From assembly GCA_964245815.1 (NCBI GenBank), contig CAXTNX010000007.1:1787-65786 (forward strand): a DNA stretch of 64,000 nucleotides, in the 5' to 3' direction. A program made the translations under genes and the position numbers. The stretch is from an uncultured Sphingomonadaceae bacterium (GTDB lineage Bacteria; Pseudomonadota; Alphaproteobacteria; Sphingomonadales; Sphingomonadaceae). This document shows, one piece after another, positions 1 to 12,926 of the stretch (position 1 is the first letter of the stretch; every line of letters begins with the position of its first letter). The notes under the pieces were generated by a model, which was not told the origin of the DNA, made no database searches, and worked only from the letters and a program-made list of their open reading frames with translations.

Positions 1-61
1 CCGTTTTCTTGACGAGCGCGCGGCGGCGCTCGTTCTTCAGAATGGAACTCAGTTTCGCCAT
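1..61 (-). CDS. rpsN: 30S ribosomal protein S14, 5' part (runs off window edge)
   Basis: Manual translation MAKLSSILKNERRRALVKK; expected position after rplE in the spc operon. Confidence 0.85.
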   Translation of the reverse strand, partial: MAKLSSILKNERRRALVKKT

Positions 62-81
62 GACTTAAGTTCTCTCTCTAC

Positions 82-666
82 TCAGGCCGCCTGCTTCTCT
101 TCGGTCTTCTCTTCCTGCGGGAAGGGGAAGCCGAAGAGACGCAGCAGCTCGCGAGCCTCGTCGTCGGTGGTCGCGGTGGTCGTGATGATGACATCCATGC
201 CGCGGATGCGGTCGACCCGGTCGTAGCTGATCTCCGGGAAGATCAGCTGCTCCTTGAGGCCGGTCGCGTAGTTGCCGTTGCCGTCGAACGACTTGGGGTT
301 GAGGCCCCGGAAGTCGCGGACGCGCGGCAGCGCGATCGTCACGAAGCGGTCGAGGAACTCGTACATCCGCTCGCGGCGCAGCGTCACCTTGCAGCCGATC
401 GGCATGCCCTCGCGCAGCTTGAACTGCGCGATCGACTTCTTGGCCTTGGTGACGACGGGCTTCTGACCCGCGATCAGCTCCATCTCGCCGGCCGCCTGAT
501 CGACGCGCTTCTTGTCCTGGGTGGCGTCGCCGACACCCATGTTGAGCACGATCTTGTCGAGCTTGGGCACCTGCATCGCGTTCCTGTAACCGAACTTCTC
601 GGTCATCGCGGCGACGATCGTGTCCTCGTACAGCTTCTGGAGCCGCGCCTTGTAGGCATCAGCCAT
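82..666 (-). CDS. rplE: 50S ribosomal protein L5
   Basis: [40 protein letters not shown] motifs. Confidence 0.99.
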   Translation of the reverse strand: MADAYKARLQKLYEDTIVAAMTEKFGYRNAMQVPKLDKIVLNMGVGDATQDKKRVDQAAGEMELIAGQKPVVTKAKKSIAQFKLREGMPIGCKVTLRRERMYEFLDRFVTIALPRVRDFRGLNPKSFDGNGNYATGLKEQLIFPEISYDRVDRIRGMDVIITTTATTDDEARELLRLFGFPFPQEEKTEEKQAA

Positions 667-979
667 CGATCGTCTCCCCGGTCCTGACGGCGACGCGGAC
701 CTTCTTGCCGTCCTTCATCTCGAACCGCACGCGCGTCGGCTTGCCGTCCGCCGTCGCGATCGCGACCTTGCTGACGTGCATCGGTGCCTCGATCTTCTCG
801 AGACCGCCCTGCGGATTGGCCTGGGTCGGCTTGCGATGCCGCGTCGCCACGTTGATGCCCGAGACGACGACCTTGCCGTCCTTGGGCATCGCGCGCGCGA
901 CCGTGCCGGTCTTGCCCTTGTCCTTGCCGCTGAGGACGACGACCCTGTCGCCCTTCTTGATCTTCAATGCGCTCATCAC
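659..979 (-). CDS. rplX: 50S ribosomal protein L24
   Basis: [23 protein letters not shown] motif; operon position. Confidence 0.98.
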   Translation of the reverse strand: MMSALKIKKGDRVVVLSGKDKGKTGTVARAMPKDGKVVVSGINVATRHRKPTQANPQGGLEKIEAPMHVSKVAIATADGKPTRVRFEMKDGKKVRVAVRTGETIDG

Positions 980-1344
980 AGCACCTCGGGCGCGAGGCTG
1001 ATGATCTTCATGTGATTGCGCGCGCGCAGCTCACGGACCACCGGACCGAAGATACGGGTGCCGATCGGCTCCTCGTTCTTGTTGACGAGGACGGCGGCGT
1101 TGCCGTCGAAGCGGATGGTCGAGCCGTCCGCGCGATGGATGTCCTTGGCGGTGCGGACGATGACGGCGCGATGGACGTCGCCCTTCTTCACCTTGCCGCG
1201 CGGCGCCGCTTCCTTGATCGACACGACGATGATGTCGCCGACCGTCGCGAATCGACGCTTGGAGCCGCCGAGCACCTTGATGCACTGGACGCGCTTGGCA
1301 CCCGAATTGTCGGCGACGTCGAGGTTGGACTGCATCTGGATCAT
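976..1344 (-). CDS. rplN: 50S ribosomal protein L14
   Basis: [17 protein letters not shown]...[11 protein letters not shown]. Confidence 0.99.
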   Translation of the reverse strand: MIQMQSNLDVADNSGAKRVQCIKVLGGSKRRFATVGDIIVVSIKEAAPRGKVKKGDVHRAVIVRTAKDIHRADGSTIRFDGNAAVLVNKNEEPIGTRIFGPVVRELRARNHMKIISLAPEVL

Positions 1345-1358
1345 CTGTCAGTCCTCCT

Positions 1359-1631
1359 TCAGGCGTTGTCGGTGGGGATCGGGACGGCGATCTCGGCGCC
1401 GATGCGGCCGATCGCCTTCCAGGTCTTGAGCTTCGAGATCGGCGCGCACTCCTCGATGCGGACGGTCTCACCGGTGTGATACTCGTTCGCCTCGTCGTGC
1501 GCGTGATACTTCTTCGACCGCTTGATGATCTTGCCGTAGAGCGCGTGGCTCACACGACGCTCGACGGAGACGATCACGGTCTTGTCGGTCTTGTCGGAGA
1601 CCACCGTTCCGGTCAGCACGCGCTTCGGCAT
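1359..1631 (-). CDS. rpsQ: 30S ribosomal protein S17
   Basis: [18 protein letters not shown]...KKYHAHDE. Confidence 0.98.
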   Translation of the reverse strand: MPKRVLTGTVVSDKTDKTVIVSVERRVSHALYGKIIKRSKKYHAHDEANEYHTGETVRIEECAPISKLKTWKAIGRIGAEIAVPIPTDNA

Positions 1632-1644
1632 CGCTGGTTGCTCC

Positions 1645-1863
1645 TTACTTCTCGGCCGAGGCGGCGCGAGCCACCTGGGCGGTCTTGATGCGGGCGATCG
1701 TGCGGCGGACCACGCGAACGCGGCTCGGCTTCTCGAGCTGGCCGGTCGCGGCCTGGAAGCGCAGGTTGAACTGCTCGCGCTTCAGCTCGGAGAGCTGGGT
1801 CGACAACTGGTCGTCGGTCGCGACCTTGATGTCGTCCTTCTTGGCGCTGTCCTTCTTCGCCAT
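1645..1863 (-). CDS. rpmC: 50S ribosomal protein L29
   Basis: [20 protein letters not shown]...RRTIARIKT. Confidence 0.97.
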   Translation of the reverse strand: MAKKDSAKKDDIKVATDDQLSTQLSELKREQFNLRFQAATGQLEKPSRVRVVRRTIARIKTAQVARAASAEK

Positions 1864-1866
1864 GGC

Positions 1867-2304
1867 TCAGACCTCCGCAGTCAGATGGCTGAAGTCGCCG
1901 AGACGGGCGACGACCTTGACCTTGATCGGCAACTTCTCGGCGGCGCGGCTGAACGCCTCGGCGGCGAGCGGCCCGGCGACGCCCTCGAGCTCGAACAGGA
2001 TGCGCCCCGGACGCACACGCGCCACCCAGAATTCGGGTGCGCCCTTGCCCGAGCCCATGCGGACCTCGGCGGGCTTGGACGAGACCGGCACGTCCGGGAA
2101 GATGCGGATGTGGAGGCGGCCCTGGCGCTTGATGTGACGCGTGATCGCACGGCGCGCGGCCTCGATCTGGCGCGCGGTGATCCGCTCGGGCTCCATCGCC
2201 TTGAGGCCATAGGCGCCCTGGTTGAGCGTGGCGCCGCTCTTGGCGTCGCCGTGGATGCGACCCTTGTGGGCCTTGCGGAACTTGGTTCGCTTCGGTTGCA
2301 GCAT
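1867..2304 (-). CDS. rplP: 50S ribosomal protein L16
   Basis: [11 protein letters not shown]...EVRMGSGKG. Confidence 0.99.
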   Translation of the reverse strand: MLQPKRTKFRKAHKGRIHGDAKSGATLNQGAYGLKAMEPERITARQIEAARRAITRHIKRQGRLHIRIFPDVPVSSKPAEVRMGSGKGAPEFWVARVRPGRILFELEGVAGPLAAEAFSRAAEKLPIKVKVVARLGDFSHLTAEV

Positions 2305-2364
2305 GTTCTTCTAACCTTCAAACACCGCGCGGGAGGCGGCCGATAAGGCGATGAGGGGTGACCC

Positions 2365-3060
2365 TCAGCGCGCCGGCCGAACCCCCGAGGTCTGTGCTTC
2401 CATCATCAGGCGATCCTGGGCGAGCGGATCGTGGCCGAGGATCTCGCCCTTGAAGATCCACACCTTGACCCCGCAGACGCCATAGGCGGTGTGCGCCTCG
2501 GCCTCGGCATAGTCGATGTTCGCACGCAGCGTGTGCAGCGGCACGCGGCCCTCGCGATACCATTCGGTCCGCGCGATCTCCGCGCCGCCGAGACGGCCGG
2601 CGCAGGTGATGCGGATGCCCTCTGCCCCCAGGCGCAATGCCGACTGCACCGCACGCTTCATCGCGCGGCGGAACGCGACGCGACGCTCGAGCTGATCGGC
2701 GACCGACTGGGCGACGAGCTTGCTGTCGATCTCGGGCTTGCGGATCTCGACGATGTTCAGCGACACGTCGGCCGAGGTCATCTTGCCGAGCTGACGGCGC
2801 AGCTTCTCGATGTCCGCGCCCTTCTTGCCGATGATGACGCCGGGACGCGCGGCATAGACAGAGATGCGCGCCAGCTTGGCCGGGCGCTCGATCACCACCT
2901 TCGAGATCGCCGCCTGCGGCAGCGACTTGAAGATGTGCTGGCGGATGCGGAGATCCTCGAGCAGCATGCGGCCATATTCGGCGCCGTCGGCGTACCAGCG
3001 GCTGTCCCAGGTCCGGTTGATCTGGAGACGCATGCCGATCGGATTGGACTTGTGACCCAT
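2365..3060 (-). CDS. rpsC: 30S ribosomal protein S3
   Basis: Real start [12 protein letters not shown] at 3060 within the long ORF 2365..3990; [14 protein letters not shown] motif. Confidence 0.98.
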   Translation of the reverse strand: MGHKSNPIGMRLQINRTWDSRWYADGAEYGRMLLEDLRIRQHIFKSLPQAAISKVVIERPAKLARISVYAARPGVIIGKKGADIEKLRRQLGKMTSADVSLNIVEIRKPEIDSKLVAQSVADQLERRVAFRRAMKRAVQSALRLGAEGIRITCAGRLGGAEIARTEWYREGRVPLHTLRANIDYAEAEAHTAYGVCGVKVWIFKGEILGHDPLAQDRLMMEAQTSGVRPAR

Positions 3061-3437
3061 TATTCGGCCTCCTGCTCGCGCACGACGATGCGCAGCCGCG
3101 AGAACGGCTTGACGATGCGGGCCGAACGGCCACGCGCTCGGGTGGCGAAGCGCTTCATGACGAGGCCCTTGCCGACCGACGCTTCCTTGACGATCAGCGC
3201 GTCGACGTCGAGATTGTGGTTGTTCTCGGCGTTGGCGATGGCGGACGCGAGGCACTTGCGCACATCGACCGCCATCGACTTGGTCGAGAACTGGAGGATG
3301 TTGAGCGCTTCGCCAGCCGGCTTGTTGCGGATCAGGCCCGCGACGAGGTTGAGCTTGTACGGGCTGCCGCGCACCGAGGTGGCGACCGCAAGCGCTTCCT
3401 TGTCGCCGACCTTGCGCGGGGATGCGGACTTGGACAT
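3060..3437 (-). CDS. rplV: 50S ribosomal protein L22
   Basis: [24 protein letters not shown] motifs. Confidence 0.98.
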   Translation of the reverse strand: MSKSASPRKVGDKEALAVATSVRGSPYKLNLVAGLIRNKPAGEALNILQFSTKSMAVDVRKCLASAIANAENNHNLDVDALIVKEASVGKGLVMKRFATRARGRSARIVKPFSRLRIVVREQEAE

Positions 3438-3713
3438 CTATCGCTTGCCCTTCTTGTCGGCGGCGTGGCCGGGGAAGTAGCGCGTCGGCGCGAACTCGCC
3501 CAGCTTGTGGCCGACCATGTCCTCGTTGACGGTGATCGGCACGAACTTGCGGCCATTGTAGAGACTGAAGGTCAGGCCGACGAAGTCCGGCAGGATCGTC
3601 GAGCGACGCGACCACGTCCGGATCGGCGTGCGCGTCGCGTTCTCCTGCGCGGTCTGCGCCTTGCGGAGCAGGCTGAGGTCCACGAACGGACCTTTCCAGA
3701 CGGAACGAGCCAT
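3438..3713 (-). CDS. rpsS: 30S ribosomal protein S19
   Basis: [12 protein letters not shown]...[12 protein letters not shown]. Confidence 0.99.
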   Translation of the reverse strand: MARSVWKGPFVDLSLLRKAQTAQENATRTPIRTWSRRSTILPDFVGLTFSLYNGRKFVPITVNEDMVGHKLGEFAPTRYFPGHAADKKGKR

Positions 3714-3719
3714 CGCGGA

Positions 3720-4556
3720 CTACCTCTTCTTCTTCGCGTGACGCGAACGGATGATCATCTTGTCCGTCGCCTTGTTGTGGCGGGTGCGCGCACCCTTGGT
3801 CGGCTTGCCCCACGGCGTGACCGGATGACGGCCGCCCGAGGTGCGACCCTCGCCGCCGCCGTGCGGATGGTCGACCGGGTTCTTGGCGACGCCGCGGGTC
3901 AGCGGGCGATGGCCCAGCCAGCGGTTGCGACCGGCCTTGGCGAGATTGGTGTTGGCGTTGTCGGGGTTCGACACCGCGCCCACCGTGCACAGGCAGTCGG
4001 CGCGGATGAAGCGCTGCTCGCCCGAGTTGAGGCGCACGATGACCATGCCGCGATCGCGACCGACGACCTGTACGTAGGTGCCCGCGGCGCGCGCGATCTG
4101 CCCGCCCTTGCCGGGCTTCATCTCGACATTGTGGACGATCGTGCCGACCGGGGTCTGGCCGATCTCCATCGCGTTGCCCGGCTTGACGTCGGTCTTCCTG
4201 CCCGCGACCACCTGGTCCCCCGGCGCGAGCCGCTGCGGCGCCAGGATATAGGCGAGCTCGCCGTCGGTGTATTTGACCAGCGCGATGAACGCCGAGCGGT
4301 TGGGATCATATTCCAGCCGCTCGACCGTCGCCGGCATGTCGAACTTGCGCCGCTTGAAGTCGACGTAGCGATACTTCTGCTTGTGGCCGCCCGCGATGCC
4401 ACGCGCGGTGGCGTGGCCCTGGTTGTTGCGGCCGCCCGACTTGCGCAGGCCCTCGACCAGCGCCTTGACCGGCTTGCCCTTCCACAGCGACGAGCGGTCG
4501 ACCAGGATCAGGCCGCGGCGCGCCGGGGACGTGGGGTTGTAATGCTTGAGCGCCAT
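3720..4556 (-). CDS. rplB: 50S ribosomal protein L2
   Basis: Start [10 protein letters not shown] at 4556; [20 protein letters not shown] motifs. Confidence 0.99.
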   Translation of the reverse strand: MALKHYNPTSPARRGLILVDRSSLWKGKPVKALVEGLRKSGGRNNQGHATARGIAGGHKQKYRYVDFKRRKFDMPATVERLEYDPNRSAFIALVKYTDGELAYILAPQRLAPGDQVVAGRKTDVKPGNAMEIGQTPVGTIVHNVEMKPGKGGQIARAAGTYVQVVGRDRGMVIVRLNSGEQRFIRADCLCTVGAVSNPDNANTNLAKAGRNRWLGHRPLTRGVAKNPVDHPHGGGEGRTSGGRHPVTPWGKPTKGARTRHNKATDKMIIRSRHAKKKR

Positions 4557-4561
4557 GACGC

Positions 4562-4882
4562 TTAAATCCCCGTGGTGACGTCGATCGACTGGCCTTCGGC
4601 CAGCGTCACGATCGCCTTCTTGAAGTCGGAGCGCTTGTAGGGCGCGCCCTTCCACTTCTTGGTCTTGCCCTTGACGACCATCGTGTTGACCGCGGTCACC
4701 GACACGTCGAACAGCGCCTCGACCGCGGCCTTGATCGCCGGCTTGGTGGCATCGCCCGCGACCTTGAACACGACCGCGTTGTGCTCGCTGACCAGGGTCG
4801 ACTTCTCGGTGATGTGCGGGCCGACGATCACGTCGTAATGACGCAGATCGATCGCGCCCGCGCCCTGCTGCTTCTTAGCCAT
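4562..4882 (-). CDS. rplW: 50S ribosomal protein L23
   Basis: PHITEKS, KKAIVTL motifs; operon position. Confidence 0.98.
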   Translation of the reverse strand: MAKKQQGAGAIDLRHYDVIVGPHITEKSTLVSEHNAVVFKVAGDATKPAIKAAVEALFDVSVTAVNTMVVKGKTKKWKGAPYKRSDFKKAIVTLAEGQSIDVTTGI

Positions 4883-5501
4883 TGAAGCGCGCCTCCAGCG
4901 TCTCGACAGCGGCGCGCGTCAGCACGAGCGTGTCATGGTTCAGGATATCGTAGACGTTGGCGCCGATCGCCGGCAGCAGATCGACTCCGATCAGGTTCGA
5001 CGAGGCGTGCGCGAACGAGACGTTGAGCGCCGCGCCATCGATGACCAGCGCCTTCTTGCCGAAGCCCAATGCCGCGAGCTGGCCCGCCAGCACCTTGGTC
5101 TTGCCGTCCGCGACGTCGAGCGCGTCGACGACGATCAGCGCACCGTCCAGCGCCTTGGACGACAGCGCCATCCTGAGGCCGAGCGCGCGGACCTTCTTGT
5201 TGAGACCCGGATTGAAATCGCGCAGGCGGGCGCCGTGCGCCTTGCCGCCACCGACGAACACCGGTGCGCGGCGATCGCCGTGACGGGCGGTGCCGCCGCC
5301 CTTCTGGTTGCCCAGCTTCTTGCCCGAGCGTGCGACATCGGCACGCTCGCGCGTCGGCCGTGCGGTGCCGCGCCGCTTCTCGAGCTGCCACGTCACGACG
5401 CGATGGAGGATATCGGCGCGCGGCTCGACGCCGAACACCGCATCCGAAAGCTCGATCTCGCCGGCGGTCCCGGCGGCGAGCGTCTTCACTTCGATCTTCA
5501 T
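4875..5501 (-). CDS. rplD: 50S ribosomal protein L4
   Basis: [22 protein letters not shown] motifs. Confidence 0.98.
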   Translation of the reverse strand: MKIEVKTLAAGTAGEIELSDAVFGVEPRADILHRVVTWQLEKRRGTARPTRERADVARSGKKLGNQKGGGTARHGDRRAPVFVGGGKAHGARLRDFNPGLNKKVRALGLRMALSSKALDGALIVVDALDVADGKTKVLAGQLAALGFGKKALVIDGAALNVSFAHASSNLIGVDLLPAIGANVYDILNHDTLVLTRAAVETLEARFNG

Positions 5502-5506
5502 GACGC

Positions 5507-6397
5507 TCAGCCTTCCTTGCCGGTGGAGCCGGAGTCATCCGGGGTGCCGATCCGGTCGGTCGCGTCGGTCGGCGGTGCATCGGGATCGACGACGCCGGCG
5601 CCATGCGCATCGGCCTCGGCCACGCCGGCGGCGACCTCCTCGGCCGACGGCAGCGCCGGGATCTCGTGGACCGCGGCGTCGTCGACCAGACCCGCGGCCG
5701 CATGCTCGACGATCGGCGCGCGACGATCGAGCAGCGCGGCCGGGAACGGCACGCCCTCGGGCAGATCGACCTTCACAGCGTCCTTGACGAACAGCCAGCC
5801 GCCCTTGGAGCCGGGCACCGAGCCCTTGACGAAGAGCAGGCCACGCGCCGCGTCGGTGCGCACGATCTCCAGATTCTGCTGGGTGCGGCTCTTGTCACCC
5901 ATGTGACCGGCCATCTTCTTGTTCTTGAAAACCTTGCCCGGATCCTGGCGCTGGCCGGTCGAGCCGAGCGAACGGTGCGAGACCGAGACGCCGTGGGTGG
6001 CGCGCAGACCGCCGAAGCCCCAGCGCTTCATGCCGCCCTGGAAGCCCTTGCCCTGGGTGCGCCCCTGGATGTCGACGAGCTGACCCGCGATGAAATGATC
6101 CGCCGAAAGCTCCGCGCCGACATCGAGGAGATTGTCCTCGGTCACGCGAAACTCGGCGAGGATCGCCTTGGGCTCGACCTCGGCCTTGCCGAAATGGCCG
6201 CGCTCGGGCTTGCTCAGGTTCTTGACCTTGGCCACGCCCGCGCCGAGCTGGACGGCGGTGTAGCCGTCGCGCGCCTCTTCTCGCCGGGCGACGACCTGGA
6301 GCGCGTCGAGCTGCAACACGGTGACGGGCACGTGACGGCCGTCCTCCTGGAACAGCCGGGTCATCCCCATCTTCTTCGCGATCACGCCAGTGCGCAT
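5507..6397 (-). CDS. rplC: 50S ribosomal protein L3 with long acidic C-terminal extension
   Basis: [28 protein letters not shown] motifs; about 70-75 extra D/E/A/P-rich residues after VKGSVPG...KDAVK. Confidence 0.98.
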   Translation of the reverse strand: MRTGVIAKKMGMTRLFQEDGRHVPVTVLQLDALQVVARREEARDGYTAVQLGAGVAKVKNLSKPERGHFGKAEVEPKAILAEFRVTEDNLLDVGAELSADHFIAGQLVDIQGRTQGKGFQGGMKRWGFGGLRATHGVSVSHRSLGSTGQRQDPGKVFKNKKMAGHMGDKSRTQQNLEIVRTDAARGLLFVKGSVPGSKGGWLFVKDAVKVDLPEGVPFPAALLDRRAPIVEHAAAGLVDDAAVHEIPALPSAEEVAAGVAEADAHGAGVVDPDAPPTDATDRIGTPDDSGSTGKEG

Positions 6398-6449
6398 CGC
6401 CTACTCCTCAAACAGAGGCTCCTCCGGCATCCTCGGGAGCGTGCCAACG

Positions 6450-6477
6450 AAAAAGGCCCGCGGACCTCCGCGAGCCT
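6450..6477 (-). terminator. Intrinsic terminator/attenuator-like hairpin between rpsJ and rplC
   Basis: Minus strand AGGCTCGCGG-AGGT-CCGCGGGCCT followed by TTTT; 10-bp stem containing one G:U pair. Confidence 0.55.
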
Positions 6478-6489
6478 CCGGCCACATGA

Positions 6490-6604
6490 AAGACAGCCCC
6501 CGCCAGGGCCGGTGTTCCGCATCGCTGCGAATGGCGGGGACTCGGGCACCAGCGGAACTGGTCGGTATCCCTGTCTTCGTCGGGTCGACCTCCGGGTCGA
6601 TCCG
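6490..6604 (-). promoter_or_regulatory. Candidate structured cis-regulatory RNA in the rpsJ-rplC spacer
   Basis: Nested inverted repeats AAGACAG/CTGTCTT (6490-6496 with 6571-6577), CCCCGCCA/TGGCGGGG (6498-6505 with 6532-6539), GGG(A)TAC/GTGCCC, plus hairpin 6581-6604. Confidence 0.5.
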
Positions 6605-6648
6605 AAACGCGGTCTTGGTGAATCACCTCGTCCGCGGGAGCCGGCGCA

Positions 6649-6960
6649 CTACGCCAGTTTGATCTCGACCGCAACACCTGCCGCGAGATCGAGCTTCATC
6701 AGCGCGTCGACCGTCTGCGGGGTCGGCTGGACGATGTCGAGCAGGCGCTTGTAGGTACGCACTTCGAACTGCTCGCGCGACTTCTTGTCGATATGCGGCC
6801 CGCGGTTGACCGTGAACTTGTCGATGTGCGTGGGCAGTGGGATCGGACCACGGATCAGCGCACCGGTGCGGCGCGCGGTATCGGCGATCTCGCCGGTCGC
6901 CTGATCGAGCACGCGATGATCGAAGCCCTTGAGGCGAATGCGGATATTCTGCGTGTCCAT
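6649..6960 (-). CDS. rpsJ: 30S ribosomal protein S10
   Basis: Start [11 protein letters not shown] at 6960; [18 protein letters not shown] motifs. Confidence 0.99.
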   Translation of the reverse strand: MDTQNIRIRLKGFDHRVLDQATGEIADTARRTGALIRGPIPLPTHIDKFTVNRGPHIDKKSREQFEVRTYKRLLDIVQPTPQTVDALMKLDLAAGVAVEIKLA

Positions 6961-7016
6961 GGGTCCCACCGATCTGAAAGAGCCGGCCCCCCGCCGAGAC
7001 GCGGCGGACACGGGGC

Positions 7017-7054
7017 AAAAAATGAGCGGCCGGCCCCCTAGCGGGGCCGGCCGC
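7017..7054 (-). terminator. Rho-independent terminator after tuf
   Basis: Perfect 12-bp stem GCGGCCGGCCCC/GGGGCCGGCCGC then TCATTTTTT on the minus strand. Confidence 0.75.
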
Positions 7055-7067
7055 CCGTATCAACCGA

Positions 7068-8258
<1,191 letters not shown>

Positions 8259-8332
8259 GTTCCTACCTTCTCTGGGATGTCAGCGGGGCGCTGCCGCCGC
8301 ATGAGCGGCGCCCCTTAGCCAATGTTTCGCGG

Positions 8333-10408
<2,076 letters not shown>

Positions 10409-10453
10409 GGCGGTGGTCCTTTGAACTTGGGTTACGTTGAGGCTGCCCAAAGG

Positions 10454-10732
10454 CTAGCCAATAAGGAACTTCGCGAGGCCGGCACCTGCCCCGATGAGCG
10501 CAGCACCGGCGATCAGACCTTGTGCCAGGAGCAACCAGGGAGAGAGGGTTTTATCCCGCTCCAGCGTATAGCGTTCGGCTTCCAGCTTGTACCGCTCAGC
10601 CGAAAGCTTGTGCTCCTCTGCGTTCAGTTTGGAGGCCTCCGCCCTCAGCTTGCGCGCCTCGGCTTCAAGTTTCGCGGAATCGCGGTTCAATCGATGGATG
10701 TCATCTTCCGATGGATCAGCCGCCGTCGCCAT
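10454..10732 (-). CDS. Small coiled-coil protein with C-terminal transmembrane helix, inserted in the str operon
   Basis: 92-aa ORF with GGGAG RBS; about 6 heptads xKLxAEx; hydrophobic C-terminus PWLLLAQGLIAGAALIGAGAGLAKFLIG; more A/T third positions than neighbouring genes. Confidence 0.8.
   Translation of the reverse strand: MATAADPSEDDIHRLNRDSAKLEAEARKLRAEASKLNAEEHKLSAERYKLEAERYTLERDKTLSPWLLLAQGLIAGAALIGAGAGLAKFLIG
10552..10677. repeat. Degenerate 21-bp tandem repeat (about 6 units) encoding the heptads
   Basis: Units translate to AKLEAEA/RKLRAEA/SKLNAEE/HKLSAER/YKLEAER/YTLERDK. Confidence 0.7.
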
Positions 10733-10760
10733 TCAGCACTCCCTGGAGCTATATAAGCGA

Positions 10761-11231
10761 CTACCAGCGGTAATGCGAGAAGGCGCGATTGGCCTCGGCC
10801 ATGCGGTGCGTGTCCTCGCGCTTCTTCACCGCGTTGCCGCGATTGTTGGCCGCGTCCATCAACTCGGCGGAGAGCCGCGCGTCCATCGTGTGCTCGGAGC
10901 GGCCACGCGCCGCGGTGATGAGCCATCGGATCGCGAGCGCCTGGCTGCGCTCGGGACGGACCTCGACCGGCACCTGGTAGGTCGCGCCGCCGACGCGGCG
11001 GCTGCGTACCTCGATACCCGGACGGACATTGGCGAGCGCATCGTGGAAGATCTGGAGCGGATCGCGCTTGGCGCGGCTCTCGATCGTCTCGAGCGCGGAA
11101 TAGATGATCCCTTCCGCGACCGACTTCTTGCCGTCGAACATGACGGAGTTCATGAACTTGGACAGCACGATATCGCCGAACTTGGGGTCGGGCAGGATCT
11201 CGCGCTTCTCGGGACGACGACGACGGGACAT
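10761..11231 (-). CDS. rpsG: 30S ribosomal protein S7
   Basis: [30 protein letters not shown]. Confidence 0.99.
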   Translation of the reverse strand: MSRRRRPEKREILPDPKFGDIVLSKFMNSVMFDGKKSVAEGIIYSALETIESRAKRDPLQIFHDALANVRPGIEVRSRRVGGATYQVPVEVRPERSQALAIRWLITAARGRSEHTMDARLSAELMDAANNRGNAVKKREDTHRMAEANRAFSHYRW

Positions 11232-11272
11232 TGACTGAAACCTTTCAAACCAGCGGGATCACGGGCGGCCCT

Positions 11273-11297
11273 GGATCCCGGCCTTCGCCGGGATGAG
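11273..11297 (-). repeat. REP-like palindrome in the rpsL-rpsG spacer
   Basis: CTCATCCCGGCGAAGGCCGGGATCC with stem ATCCCGGC/GCCGGGAT; 20/25 identical to the element at 32228. Confidence 0.65.
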
Positions 11298-11311
11298 CGG
11301 GCTGCACCCGG

Positions 11312-11683
11312 TCACTTCGGACGCTTGGCGCCGTATTTGGAGCGGGACTGGCGGCGATCCTTGACCCCCTGCGTGTCGAGCACGCCGCGCAGCACGTGGT
11401 AGCGCACGCCCGGCAGATCGCGGACGCGGCCACCGCGGATCAGCACCACCGAATGCTCCTGGAGGTTGTGGCCCTCGCCCGGGATATAGCTGATGACCTC
11501 GCGCTGGTTGGTCAGGCGGACCTTGGCGACCTTGCGCAGTGCCGAGTTGGGCTTCTTCGGCGTCGTCGTGTAGACGCGCGTGCAGACGCCGCGCTTCTGC
11601 GGGTTCTGCTCCATCGCAGGGACCTTGGACTTGGCCTTCTGCGGATCGCGGCCCTTGCGGACCAGCTGGTTGATCGTCGGCAT
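11312..11683 (-). CDS. rpsL: 30S ribosomal protein S12
   Basis: Start [10 protein letters not shown] at 11683; [21 protein letters not shown]. Confidence 0.99.
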   Translation of the reverse strand: MPTINQLVRKGRDPQKAKSKVPAMEQNPQKRGVCTRVYTTTPKKPNSALRKVAKVRLTNQREVISYIPGEGHNLQEHSVVLIRGGRVRDLPGVRYHVLRGVLDTQGVKDRRQSRSKYGAKRPK

Positions 11684-11873
11684 TGAAGCCTTCACCTTTC
11701 AGATGGTTACTTTGCCGGGCTCAGGCCGCATGCGAATGCAGACGAGGCTCATGCAAGTCCGACAAGGACCTGCCCGAGCCTCCCCAAGCGTCGGCAATGT
11801 TCAATCGGCCCGGGGGAACTCCCCTCAGGCAGGCGCGGCCTATAGCGGCGCTCTCGCAAGGGGTCAACCGACC

Positions 11874-12911
11874 CTAGAGCGCGCCGGACAGCACCTGGAT
11901 GAGCGCCACCTGGAATCGCGCCGGGTCCTCGATCTGCGGGACATGGCCGAGACCGGTCAGCGGCACGAAGCGCGCATCCTTCATCCGCGCCGCCGCCCTG
12001 TCGCCGACGGTGCCGGCGTCGGCGACGTGATCGGCAACCTCGGGCGCCCAGGTCCGGCCGAACACGTTGCGATCCAGCGTCCCGACCATCAGCACGGTCG
12101 GTACCGTGACGCGATTGAGCTCGTAGGCGACCGGCTGGGTCTCGAGCATCTCGGTGGTGCGCGCCTGCGCGTCGATCACCGCGGCGCGACCCGGCCCGGC
12201 ATAGAGCCCGCCCATCATGTCGATCCACCGGTCATATGATCGGTGCCAGACGCCGTGATAATAGTTGGCGAGCTGATACGCCTTCATCGATGCCGGCGTG
12301 CGCTGCTCCTCGAGCGCGGTCAGCCGGTCGATATCGGCATAGGGCACGCCCTGCGCCAGCCGGTCGACCAGCGACAGCGGGTTGATGAGCACGAGCTGAT
12401 CGACCAGCTGCGGGGTCGAGATCGCCATCCGCAGCGCCAGCGTACCGCCGAACGAGTGGCCGACCAGCGTCGCCCTGATGACGCCGCGCGAGCGCAGCAG
12501 CGCCTCGGTCAGCCGGGCGAGACCGAGCAGCGAATACTGGAAGCCCGCGGGCTTGGACGATTTGCAGAAACCGATCTGGTCGGGGACGATCACCCGGTAT
12601 CCGGCGGCCGCCAGCACGCGCGCGGTATCGCCCCAGGTCGCGCCGCAGAAGTTCTTGCCGTGGAGCAGCACGACGGTGCGCCCGTTGGCATGCGCCGGCG
12701 CCAGTTCCATATAGGCCATGTCGACGGCCCGCCCCTGCGCGACGGTATGGAAGAGGCGCACCGGGAAGGGATAATCGAAGCCCTCGAGCTGCGCCCCATA
12801 GCTGATGCGGGCCGGCGCCGGCATCGCACCCACCTGAGGCGCCGCCGTCTGCGCCGTCGCGATCCAGCCGGTCGGCAGCGTGGCGAGAGCGAGCAAGGCG
12901 GTCCGTCGCAT
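11874..12911 (-). CDS. Secreted alpha/beta-fold hydrolase
   Basis: Signal-like N-terminus; LLHGKNFCG oxyanion region; GHSFGG nucleophile elbow; GHVPQ His motif. Confidence 0.88.
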   Translation of the reverse strand: MRRTALLALATLPTGWIATAQTAAPQVGAMPAPARISYGAQLEGFDYPFPVRLFHTVAQGRAVDMAYMELAPAHANGRTVVLLHGKNFCGATWGDTARVLAAAGYRVIVPDQIGFCKSSKPAGFQYSLLGLARLTEALLRSRGVIRATLVGHSFGGTLALRMAISTPQLVDQLVLINPLSLVDRLAQGVPYADIDRLTALEEQRTPASMKAYQLANYYHGVWHRSYDRWIDMMGGLYAGPGRAAVIDAQARTTEMLETQPVAYELNRVTVPTVLMVGTLDRNVFGRTWAPEVADHVADAGTVGDRAAARMKDARFVPLTGLGHVPQIEDPARFQVALIQVLSGAL

Positions 12912-12926
12912 GGCCTCGCTCCCCCC

